Shown here piece by piece: positions 13,601-23,569 of a stretch of 64,000 nucleotides of DNA. Made by a program: the position numbers and the translations under genes. The first letter of the stretch is position 1. Each line of letters opens with the position of its first letter. The stretch is taken from NCBI RefSeq assembly GCF_011386835.1, contig NC_088812.1:13082001-13146000 (forward strand), read 5' to 3'. This DNA is from Chrysemys picta bellii (lineage: Eukaryota). Below the pieces are notes generated by a model that saw only the letters and a program-made list of their open reading frames with translations, was not told the DNA's origin and ran no database searches.

Positions 13601-14655
13601 TCCCCGAGCCAGGGAGGGGACCCAGGAGTCCTGACGCCTAGGCCCCCCACCCCCTCCACTCTAGCCATTACATCCCACTGCCCTCCCCGAGCCAGGGAGG
13701 GGACCCAGGAGTCCTGACGACTAGGCCCCCCACCCCCTCCACTCTAGCCATTACATCCCACTGCCCTCCCCGAGCCAGGGAGGGGACCCAGGAGTCCTGA
13801 TGCTGCTGACTCCCCCCAAGACAGGCCCTTTCACAGACTCCACCACTGGTTGCCGTGGGGCTGTGGGGGGGCGACATGGCACGGAGGGGCCCGGGTGCTT
13901 GTTCCTCCCGCGCGGGGCCCATGGCGCGGGGCGCAGGCAGCCCCAGGTCCGGGCGGGGATGGGAACGACGGCTGTGCCCAGCATGGGGAGCAACTCACCG
14001 CTCTGGTCCCCGTGTCGCTGGAGACGGGGCGGGGGGCTGGGTCTGAGCCCCATAAACCAACCATCTATTCATGGGGGTGTTATGAGGACAGGACCCTTGC
14101 TCCCCCAGGATCTGGGGTCCCCCTCGCCCCCACTGTGGGGTCCTTTCCCAGCCCGTCTCCTGGTCCTACCCCAGCCCAACCCTGCCCCCCATGGGGAGCG
14201 TTGCACCCCCTCATCCCAGGCCCCTGAACCGCTACCCCAAGAGGCATCCCGGCCCCCCCAGCAACAAGGAGCCCCCCCATTCCCCTCCAGGTTACCGTGT
14301 TGAGTGCCAGGTTGCCGCGGATGGCGGCCGGCGTGAGCCCGTAGAGCACGGCCGCCCCGGCCACCCCGCCCAGCACTTGGGCCACCATGTAGAAGACGGC
14401 GCGGAGCAGGGAGAGCTGGGCGCCCACCAGGAAGGCGAAGGTGACGGCCGGGTTGACGTGGGCCCCGCTGACGTGGCCCAGCACCTGCACCAGGGTGGCT
14501 GCGGCCAGCCCAAAGGCCAGGGCCACCTGCAGCACGTTGAGGGGCCCAACTCCCCAGCGCAGCGAGGCCCCCAGCCCAAAGAAGACGTAGATCATGGTGG
14601 CGAAGAACTCGGCGAAGACGGCCCTCCAGAAGGAGGGGGAGCGCACCTCCCACAT
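10432..14655 (-). CDS. MIP: Lens fibre major intrinsic protein / aquaporin-0; join(complement 14296-14655, 11998-12162, 11446-11526, 10432-10617); 263 aa
   Basis: [20 protein letters not shown]...SGAHVNPA...[14 protein letters not shown]...[10 protein letters not shown]. Exon sizes 360/165/81/186 nt, all phase 0, GT-AG. Length and C-terminus ELKTQAL match mammalian MIP. Confidence 0.97.
10981..11283. repeat. 66-bp tandem repeat, about 4.6 copies, in MIP intron 3
   Basis: Units start at 10981, 11047, 11113, 11179 and 11245. Confidence 0.95.
11446..11526 (-). CDS. MIP: MIP exon 3 ([27 protein letters not shown], second NPA)
   Basis: Acceptor GCAG|ATA, donor TGG|GTAAGG, 81 nt. Confidence 0.96.
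11998..12162 (-). CDS. MIP: MIP exon 2 ([16 protein letters not shown]...LGHLFG)
   Basis: Acceptor CTGCAG|ATC, donor GGG|GTAACG, 165 nt. Confidence 0.96.
13590..13800. repeat. 83-bp tandem repeat of a SINE-head-like unit in MIP intron 1
   Basis: GAGCCAGGGAGGGGACCCAGGAGTCCTGA at 13606, 13689 and 13772. Confidence 0.85.
14296..14655 (-). CDS. MIP: MIP exon 1 (aa 1-120, first NPA)
   Basis: ATG at 14655, ends NLALNT then donor ACG|GTAACC. Confidence 0.96.
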
Positions 14656-14758
14656 GGCGGGGGGCATGGGGGGGGGGCGCGGGCTGGGCCGGGCGCCTGC
14701 AAACTCACTGCCCCCACCGGCTCTGGTTCCTTTCTCTGGGGGACGCCCAGGCTGGGGG

Positions 14759-14825
14759 GTTTATATGGGGCCCTTGGTCCAGCCCAGGAGGTGGGATTCG
14801 GGACTGGGACTCTTAACCCCTTCAT
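14759..14825 (-). promoter_or_regulatory. MIP core promoter with TATA box
   Basis: Minus strand CATATAAA at 14760-14767, about 105 nt upstream of the ATG. Confidence 0.6.
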
Positions 14826-16544
14826 TGCCTGCAGCAGGGATGGGCTGTGCTTGGCTGTATAAAGGCCCCCCTCTCCCCCCGGCTGATGCCAAGAGGGAGG
14901 GACAGGCTGCGGAAGGGACTCGGGGGCGGGGGGAGGCAGGGGGGGTCGAGCCCCTGTGGCGACGTCTTTCTGCCCCCCACCCCGGGAAGAGCCCTCCTGT
15001 CCCGCCGACCCAGAGTTCAGCCGCTCCCTGCCACCCAAAGAACGGGCAGAGCTCAGGACACGGAGCAGGACTGTCTCGGGGGGGGGGACGGAGCTGCCCC
15101 CCAAGTCACCTCTCCTATCCTGTGGGGGGAAATCAGTTCTCCTCTTCCCTGGCGTCCAGCCCTTGGGGACTCAGCGAAGTGGCCGGGGGGGAGATGCCGG
15201 GCAAAGGGGGCGTTATGGGCCCGTAATGGGCCGAGGGGGGTTGGGTTCTCTGGAGCAGAACTGGGGGCAGCATGGATCCCTCATGGTATTTCTGGGGAAC
15301 CACCAGACCGTGTGTGGGGGGTGTGCTGCTGGCCCCATCCCGGGGCATCCGAGCCCCTCAGGACACCAGAACAACCTAGTCCTGGGGCCAGGCCCCATCT
15401 CCTGCCACGCTGGCTCCTCGCGGCCGCCCAGGAGAAACGCTGCGGGGACAGGAGAGCAGCTGCCGGGTCCGTGGCACGGGGCAGGGGGTGGGGTCAGGCT
15501 TCCCCATGCAGTTCAGCCAGTGCCCCCAGTCCCCAGGCACAGCCGGGCTCCCCCCAGCTCTGCTGACGCCCCTCACTCCCGACCCGCAGCCCCTTTGCTA
15601 CTCCCGTCCTCCCCATCTACACCCCCATTCCTCCCCCCCATGCCGTGCTGCCCGCCCCTCGCATGTCCTGCCCTCCTTACGCCCTGCGGCCCCGCACCAT
15701 GTCTTGGTGGCGCTTGCCAGCGGTGCCAGTCCAGGGGCACCACATCAGCATCTGGCAGGGACCAAATTGGGAAGATTTTTTTCTCTCGGCCCTGGGCGAC
15801 AAAACCCCTAGGGCCACCCCTGCCCTGGCCTGCCCTGGCGACCCCTGTGCTGGCGTGAGCTGGGTGGGCTCTCCGCACCCCTGCGGCGCCCAGCGCCCTC
15901 GGTCCTGCCAGGATGGGGTTCTGGCAAGGACCCGGGTGATTGGGGTTACCCTGAGCGGAGGGGCCAGGGTTAGACCTGAGCCCAACCCGCGCCACTGCCC
16001 GGATCCCCACCCCGAGCTGGAGGCGCGGAGGTCAAACCCCATTCCCATCTGAAGCACCCCCCGGATCAGTCCCCTGGGGGCTGCAGGATCAGGCCCGTGC
16101 TGTGCCCCTCCCCCTCTCTGGGGGGGATTTTGTCTCTCCAGCACTTTGCAGCCCATTCAATGGGCCCAGTTGTTTGCCAGGAAGGTTTACTCAGCGCTGG
16201 CTTAACGGGAGCTAATTCCCCGAAGCCGCCGGGGATTAGCTGCGGCCGCGCCATTGGGCGGGCGGGCGAGAATCTGCCAGGCCTGCAAGCAGCCAGGATA
16301 ATGGGTTTGCTTCGCTCAGCACCCACCGAGCGCCCGGCCGGGCCTCGGCTGTCGGACCCGGGCTGGGGGGATGGGAACCCACATGCCCTCACTCGCAGCC
16401 GCTCTGCTCTAGTTCGGGGTCTGACTTTCGAATTCAGGAGGGGGGAGTCTGGGGGGGCTATTTGTGTCTGGTGCTGTACACCCCTCAAAAGCTTTATGCA
16501 CCCACAACACACACCTCCGGAGACTGTTCTCCCTGATTTACAGG

Positions 16545-16930
16545 TGGGGAAACTGAGGCACACAGACTAGCGAAGTGACTTGCCCAATGTCACACACAGC
16601 GAGTCTGTGGCAGAGCCAGGACCAGAACCCAGGAGTCCTGGCTCCCAGCCCCCCGCTCTAACCACTAGCCCCACTCCCCTCCCAGAGCCAGGGATAGAAC
16701 CCATGAGTCCTGGCTCCCAGCCCCACCATAGGGTGACCAGACAGCAAGTGTGAAAAATCAGGACGGGGGTGCGGGGTAATAGGCACTGATATAGACAAAA
16801 CCCCAAATATCGGGACTGTCCCTATAAAATCAGGACATCTGGTCACCCTAACCCACTAGCCCCACTCCCCTCCCAGAGCCAGGGACAGAACCCAGGAGTC
16901 CTGGCGCCCAGCCCCCCCTGCTCTAACCCT
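16545..16930 (-). mobile_element. MIR/CORE-SINE-like element with tandemly repeated tRNA-like heads
   Basis: GGGAAACTGAGGCAC...AAGTGACTTGCCCAATGTCACACA...GGCAGAGCCAGG...AGAACCCAGGAGTCCTGGCTCCCAG...CTCTAACCACTAG, with the head repeated. The GGAAACTGAGGC core recurs at more than 10 other sites. Confidence 0.7.
16729..16850. mobile_element. hAT (Blackjack-like) MITE, copy 1
   Basis: TIRs TAGGGTGACCAGA / TCTGGTCACCCTA; flanks CCCCACCA / ACCCACTA (6/8). Confidence 0.85.
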
Positions 16931-18585
16931 TTGGCCCCTGCTCCGGTGCCAACTGGCATCCAAGACTCCCCGGCGATGGTTGTCATGGTGGCAGGGCTAG
17001 TTACCCCTCTGCTCCCCCCCCAGCGTCTGCCCTCAGGCCTTTACCCCCCCCGGCAGAACCCCCCAATTCTCCACTCCCAGACCAGGCCCTGGGGCTACGG
17101 CCCCAGGCAGATCCATCCTGCTTCCAGCTGGGCCCGGCCCCCGCGGCTCTCCGGGCCCTGACGCACAGACCAGGCAGCTCGTCTCCCAACGCCGGCTTTA
17201 ATCGGGGCAGCATGTGGGGGAAAAGGGGGTTAAACCCACCGACAGGCCACGCCCACGGCTGTCGTCCCTCGGACCCTGCCATGGCGCTCGTTCAGCAGGT
17301 GCCAGCCGGATTCCCCTGAGCGACGTGCCCGTTCCAGCCCCTGCCTCAGCCCCTCTGCCCTCCTGCATTCCCGGCCCCCTTCCTGCCCCAGGGGTTGCTG
17401 AGACGTGGGGTATCTTGAGCCCGCTTGTTTTCCCTGCCAGCCCCCCATTAAACTAACCCGGCCTGCCAGCCAGCCAGCCCTCTGCCCCACGGATCACGTC
17501 GCTCCAGGGGGGCCCAGGGGACGCTGAGAACGAGCAGCCGGCTGCAGCCAGAGCGGGGTGAGCCCCGCTCCCAAGTGGTGCCGCTGGCTTGTGGGGGCGA
17601 TCAGCAGTTCTGGGGGGGCCGCGTGCGAGAACCTGTAGCCAGGGCAGCGCGTGTCTGTGGGACAAGGGAGGGTCCAGACCTATGGGCAAACCCAGCCTGC
17701 GAAGGGGGGGGGCACGAAGCCAGAGGCCGTTTTGCCCTTGTTCTCGGTGGCTGTGGGGTCCGTGTGGCGCTCAGTGATCAGGCTGGCCCCAGCTGCTTTG
17801 GGGCCCCCTGTCTGGGGAGCCCCAACGCCCCACGGGGCTGTGGGAACAGCAATGGCGCAGGGACGTGGAGGGCCCGCAGGGTGCAGTGAACCAGGCCGGG
17901 CTACGCCACCCGCTGCTGCCCGCCTGGGAGCAAACCAGGAGCCTGCCAATAATTATCAACAGTCACAGGGGCCGGCGGGCTCCCAGCCAGCACCAGGGCG
18001 GTGGGCATGGACCGTGCCAGAGCTATCCTCACCCACAACGAACCCTGGCACGGTGCCAGCACTGCCGGAGTGTGCCTCGCACCCCCGCAGGAGTCAGGGG
18101 AGCGGCACTGCCATTTTGAGAGGGGGAAACTGAGGCACGGAAAGCGGGCAGTCACGCACTCAGTGAGTGGCATTGCTGCGGATAGAACCCAGGAGTCCTG
18201 GCTCCCAGCCCCACCCTGCTCTAACCACTAGACCCCACTCTCCTCCCTAAACCAGAGATAGAACCCAGGAGTCCTAGCACCCAGTCCCCCGTTCTATGCA
18301 CAGGCTACGCTGTCTGTCCAAAAGTGGTGGCCCTGTGTCCCTGAGCCCCAGGACTGAGCTGTGGCAGGTTCTGATCCGAAGTGGCCCTGGTCTTGCCCAT
18401 CCCCTGCCCCCACCGGTGGATGCTGGGTGCAGCTGGCACCAGATCTGGAGCAGCACTGGGGGTGGGGGTCGCTCAGTGGGGCTAGCAGGGGGGTGAGGGT
18501 GGGCTGGATCACGACAGTAGGGGGTGGCTCATGGAGGCTGGCAGGTCCTTGGGGGGCAGGACAGGGCAGGGGAGGCCGCACTGGC

Positions 18586-18801
18586 TCAGCGCTGCTCCCC
18601 CTTGGGGGGCGGCTTGGCCCGGGCGGCGTCCTGGGGGGCGGTGGAGAGGGAGGAGCGGGACACGCTGGCCGTCTCCACAATGTCGATGTCCCGGCAGGTC
18701 AGGCAGGCGACCAGCTTCTCCCGCGAAGCGCTGGAGGCGAAGAGAAACTCGTAGGAGAGGCCGGCCAGCACCGCGCCCAGCGAGGGGCCGATCCAGTACA
18801 C
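18586..18801 (-). CDS. AQP14: AQP14 exon 5 (TM6 and C-tail, stop TGA)
   Basis: CACAG|GTG TAC TGG ATC; VYWIGPSLGAVLAGLSYEFLFASSASREKLVACLTC... Confidence 0.92.
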   Translation of the reverse strand: MYWIGPSLGAVLAGLSYEFLFASSASREKLVACLTCRDIDIVETASVSRSSLSTAPQDAARAKPPPKGEQR

Positions 18802-21800
18802 CTGTGGGGGGGGGGTCAGGGGTCAGACAGGGCCCAGCGAGACCCCGTACACCTGGGTGGAGGGACAGGGGTCAGACAGGGCCCAGCGAGATCCCGTACA
18901 CCTGGGGGGGGGACAGGGGTCAGACAGGGCCCAGCGAGATCCTGTACACCTGGGGGGGGGACAGGGGTCAGACAGGGCCCAGCGAGATCCTGTACACCTG
19001 GGGGGGCGTCAGACAGGGCCCAGCGAGATCCCATACACCTGGGGGGGGGGAACAGGAGTCAGACAGGGCCCAGCGAGATCCAGTACACCTGGGGGGGGGG
19101 ACACAGGGGTCAGACAGGGCCCAGCGAGATCCCGTACACCTGGGGGGGGGACAGGGGTCAGACAGGGCCCACCGAGATCCCGTACACCTGGGGGGGGACA
19201 GGGGTCAGACAGGGCCCAGCGAGACCCCGTACACCTGGGGGGGGGGACAGGGGTCAGACAGGGCCCACCGAGATCCCGTACACCTGGGGGGGCGGGGACA
19301 GGGGTCAGACAGGGCTCAGCGAGATCCCGTACACCTGGGGGGGGACAGGGGTCAGACAGGGCCCACCGAGATCCCGTACACCTGGGGGGGGGGACAGGGG
19401 TCAGACAGGGCCCAGCGAGATCCCGTACACCTGCGGGGGGGGGCACAGGAGTCAGACAGGGCCCAGCGAGATCCCGTACACCTGGGGGGGCGGGGACAGG
19501 GGTCAGACAGGGCCCAGCGAGACCCCGTACACCTGGGGGGGGGGACAGGGGTCAGACAGGGCCCAGCGAGACCCCGTACACCTGGGGGGGGGGACACAGG
19601 GGTCAGACAGGGCCCAGCGAGACCCCGTACACCTGGGGGTGGGGACAGGGGTCAGACAGGGCCCAGCGAGATCCCGTACACCTCGGGGGGGGGCACGGGT
19701 CACCCTCCTCACATGCCCACTGCCGGATGCTCAGCTCCAGGTCATGGACCCAACATGGTCTTTGCTGGCTGGGTCAGCCCCCCCGCCCCCCTGTGCCCCC
19801 CCTGCGCACCCCAGCCTGGCTCACCCAGTGATGGTCCCAGATGCCCGTCAGGACGGCCGGGCCCAGCGATCTGGCTGGGTTCATGCTGCCCCCAGAGAAC
19901 GTCCCCTGCAGAGATGGGAGGGCAGGGGGGTGAGCGGACATTGCACGGGGATGGGGGGAGTCGGCCCCATGGAGCCATAGAGGGAGGGCAAGGCTGCGCC
20001 AGCGGGATCCCGGGGGGCCAGCCCCTCCCCCCGGGCCAGGCTCTGGGGGGCTGTTCCCCATCCGCCGGCCCAGCCTTGCCCTCCCTTGGGGCGGGGTGGG
20101 GGCGCCTCTTACCGCGGCCAGCGCTCCGGCCGTCACGGAGAAGCCAATGGCCAGGCCGCCCGGTTCGCCCGCCCCCCGGCGCCGCTGGTCCTCCACAGCG
20201 AAGATGGTGAAGACGAGCTGGAAGGTGGAGAAGGTCTCCATGGCGAGTGCCTGCCCAGCGTTGCCCTCGCTGCTCACCTGCGCCCAGGGACAAGACAAGC
20301 TCACACCTGGTCCTGGCCCGGCCCTCAGGCCACGTGGGCGGCAGGGAGAACCCGGGGCCCCTGGGCGCTCACCCCTGGGGGCATCAGGGGCTGTGTTGGT
20401 GTCTTGGTGACCCAGCAGCGAGAGGTCTGGGGGGGGTTCCCTCTGGGCTGGGGGGACAGTGAAGGGGGATCAAATCCGGGGCCCAGTCAAGGCGGGATCC
20501 CTGCTCCTTGGGCATGGGAAGGTGGGAGTCTGACGGGTGGCCCTGTCCACAGGGCCGGGGGGCGACACTTCCACTGGGGAGAGGGGTGGCACTGCCAATG
20601 GGTGCTGGGGTTTCAGGGCAGCACTGCCAATGGGGCACTGGGGGTTCAGGATGGCACTGCCAAAGGGGTGAAGGGGGCTCAGGGTGGCACTGCCAGTGGG
20701 GCTGGGGGGTCAGGGTGGCACTGCCAATGAGGCACTGGGGTTCAGGGTGGCACTGCCAATGGGGTGAAGGGGGGGTCAGGGTGGCACTGCCAATGAGGCA
20801 CTGGGGTTCAGGGTGGCACTGCCAATGGGGTGAAGGGGGGGTCAGGGTGGCACTGCCAATGGGGCACTGGGGGTTCAGGGTGGCACTGCCAATGGGGTGA
20901 AGGGGGGGTCAGGATGGCACTGCCAATGGGGCACTGGGGGTTCAGGGTGGCACTGCCAATGGGGTGAAGGGGGTCAGGGTGGCACTGCCAATGGGGGTTT
21001 CAGTGTGGCACTGCCAATGGGGGGCCGGGGCGGCAGTGCTGTCCCCCCAGAAGGCAGGTGCACCCTGTATCGGTAGCCAGGGCACACACGTCTGTCGGGC
21101 CACCCCAGGGCCCGGTTACCCAGCCCCTCCCAACGCCCACGGGCCCCAGGCAGACGCCGGGGAGCCCAGGGCCCGAGGGGCAGCTGGGGCGGGGTCCCCA
21201 GCGACCCAGCTCAGACACTCACCCTGGTGACGAGGTGGCTGGCGGCTGCCACGGGCAGCGCCAGGTAGACGGCGGCCGAGGCCAGGATGGCGCCCAGGCA
21301 CTGGGCCAGGACATAGGCGGCTCCGCGCAGGGCGTCCAGCTTGCGGGTGCAGAGGAAGGCCAGGGTGAGCGCCGGGTTGGCCTGGGCCCCGCTGACCTCG
21401 CCGAAGCAGTGAGCCAGCCCCACGGCCGCCATCCCGGCCGTCAGAGCCGGCTGCAGGGCGGGTGGGGCTGTGACGCGCCCGGGGCCGTCGGGGCACGAGG
21501 CCCCCAGCACCAGCCAGACGAAGATCAGGGTGCCAACCACCTCCGCCAGCAGGGAGCGCCAGAACCGCCGGCTCCGCAGCTCCTGCGGGGGGGGGGGGGG
21601 GGGGGCGACAGTCAGCAACCAAGTGGGGGGGAACCATGGCAACAGATTTGGGGGTGTCTGGTCTCATAGCAACGGGCGGGGGGTCTGGAACCATGGCTGC
21701 AGAGGGGACACTGTGGGGAGGGGAGGTCACAGGGCAGGTAGGTGAATATGGACGGACAGAGGGACATGGGCGGGTGGGTGCATATGGATGGACCGACAGA

Positions 21801-22756
21801 CACGGGTGGGTGGATATGGACAGATGGACGGATGTGGGTGGGTGGATATGGACGGACGGACGGATGGACACAGGTGGGTGGATGGATATGGACAGATGGA
21901 TGGACACGGGCGGGTGGGTGGATATGGACGGACGGGCGGATGGACAGGTGGATGGGTGGATATGGATGGATGGACAGGGGGACATGGGCGGGTGGGTGGA
22001 TATGGACAGATGGATGGGCACGGGCGGGTGGGTGGATATGGACGGATGGACACAGGTGGGTGGATGGATATGGACAGATGCATGGACACGGGCGGGTGGG
22101 TGGATATGGACAGACGGGCGGATGGACAGGTGGATGGGTGGATATGGACGGATGGACAGAGGGGCACGGGCGGGTGGGTAGATATGGATGGATGGACATG
22201 GGTGGGCGGGGTGGACATGGATGGACAGATGGACACGGGCGGGTGGATATGGACGGATGGGTGGATGGGTGGATATGGATGGATGGATGGACGGACGGGT
22301 GGGTGGGTGGACATGGATGGACGGGCAGATGGGTGGATATGGACAGATGGACACGGGCGGGTGGACATGGACGGACGGGCGGATGGGTGGATATGGATGG
22401 ATGGACACGGGCAGGTGGGTGGATATGGACGGACGGACACGGGCAGGTGGGTGGATATGGACGGATGGGCGGACGGATGGGTGGATATGGACGGACAGGA
22501 GGGTGGGTGGATATGGATGGATGGGTGGATATGGACGGACGGATGGACGGGGGGGTGGGTGGATATGGATGGACGGGCGGGTGGGTGGATATGGATGGAC
22601 GGATGGACACGGGCTGGTGGACATGGACGGACGGATGGGCAGGGAGTACAGAGAAGTTCTCCCAGACGTCCCAGGTGCCCCATAGCCAGGGCTCAGCTGC
22701 CCACTGGGTGCTGGGGTGCGGGCGAGGTGGGCAGCCCTTACCTCGCCGATGGCCAT
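18586..22756 (-). CDS. AQP14: Aquaporin-14 (AQP14-type classical aquaporin); join(complement 22742-22756, 21223-21582, 20113-20277, 19825-19905, 18586-18801); 278 aa
   Basis: MAIGE|ELRSRRFWRSLLAEVVG...SGAQANPA...SGGSMNPARSLGPA...SREKLVACLTCRDIDIVETASVSRSSLS. Two NPA motifs, small residues at the ar/R filter, an extra micro first exon, and a tandem position next to MIP. These match the AQP14 subfamily as I recall it. No database search was run. Confidence 0.88.
18805..19695. repeat. About 49-bp tandem repeat, 18 copies, in the last AQP14 intron, copied from the intron/exon-5 junction
   Basis: Unit GGGGTCAGACAGGGCCCAGCGAGATCCCGTACACCTG(G)n. Confidence 0.95.
19825..19905 (-). CDS. AQP14: AQP14 exon 4 (GTFSGGSMNPARSLGPAVLTGIWDHHW, 81 nt)
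   Basis: TGCAG|GGG acceptor, TGG|GTGAGC donor. Confidence 0.94.
20113..20277 (-). CDS. AQP14: AQP14 exon 3 (VSSEGNAGQALAMETF...AGALAA, 165 nt)
   Basis: GCAG|GTG acceptor, GCG|GTAAGA donor. Confidence 0.93.
20570..21025. repeat. Minisatellite (GGGTGGCACTGCCAATGGGG core) in AQP14 intron 2
   Basis: Direct reading; about 30-bp period. Confidence 0.9.
21223..21582 (-). CDS. AQP14: AQP14 exon 2 (360 nt, first NPA)
   Basis: Poly-C tract then GCAG|GAG; ends HLVTR, donor AGG|GTGAGT. Confidence 0.93.
21740..22640. repeat. GGAT/GGAC/GGGT compound low-complexity repeat filling AQP14 intron 1
   Basis: GGATATGGACGGATGGACACGGGCGGGTGGGT variants. Confidence 0.95.
22742..22756 (-). CDS. AQP14: AQP14 coding exon 1 (MAIGE, 15 nt)
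   Basis: AGC ATG GCC ATC GGC GAG|GTAAGG; strong donor; joins in phase 0 to exon 2, which has no Met of its own. Confidence 0.8.
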
Positions 22757-23569
22757 GCTGCCCGCCTGGCTCCTGCGGGCTCTGCTCTGGGAGACACAGG
22801 GTGCTGCGCTGCTCTCCCTCCAGGGATCCTCAGACCCCCCTCCCTCCCCTCCCCTCCGGGCCGGGCTCCTCTTAAAGGTACAGCAGCCTTGGGCTCTGGG
22901 CAAGGGGCCGGAGGGGCATCGGGGCAGAGCCCGAGGGTGCCCGCTGGGCAGAGGGGGCAGCAATGTGCTTCCAGGGACACCTGCTCCTGGGAACTCCCCA
23001 GTCTCCTCAACCAAACCTACAGCAACCAATCCCCACCCACATGCTGTTCTCCTGACCCACAGCCCCCTACCGCCCCAGCCCTGGGCTCCTCCGCTCCCCC
23101 CAGCACTGCCAACACCCCACATTCTCTGTAACTCCTGCCCCGGGCCCCCCGTCACCTCCAGCTCTGCTGATGCTCCTCACTCCCGACCCGCAGCCCCCCC
23201 CATTCCAGTCCCGGGCCCCCCGTCACCCCCTGCTCTGCTGATGCTTCTCACTCCTGACCCGCAGCCCCCCCCCCCCCCCCCGCTATTCCAGAACTCGGCT
23301 TCTCCTGAGCAGAAATTGCCAGTTTCTTTATTGGGGACCCGGGGGGGGCTGTCAGGACCAACCTGTGCTCACAGCTCCTGAGCCCAGGGCCAGACAGGGA
23401 GGCTGCCCATGGAAAACCCCGGCTGCCCTGGGAGCGTCACTGGGCCCTGGGGGTCAGCTGGTGCCAGGCCAGAGCCAGCGGGACCTTGGGCAGCGGAACT
23501 AGGACCAGTGGGGGGGGGCTGAGGAGGAGCAGCCCCCTTGGGTCTGGAATAGGCAAGACAGGGCGGGGG

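Noticed and set aside
14656-14667. Upstream in-frame ATG (MPPAM...) as the MIP start
   Set aside because: The conserved start is MWE and gives the canonical 263 aa; a 4-aa extension cannot be excluded but has no support.
18361-20210. 539/559/324-aa plus-strand ORFs with repeated peptides
   Set aside because: Antisense to AQP14 and produced by the intronic tandem repeat.
18586-22756. Second aquaporin as AQP2, AQP5, AQP6 or a MIP duplicate
   Set aside because: It lacks the F/H filter residues, has QANPA, an extra 15-nt exon and a different C-tail.
21116-23155. 679-aa and several Trp/Met/Asp-rich or His/Pro-rich ORFs
   Set aside because: Translations of the GGAT/GGAC low-complexity intron.
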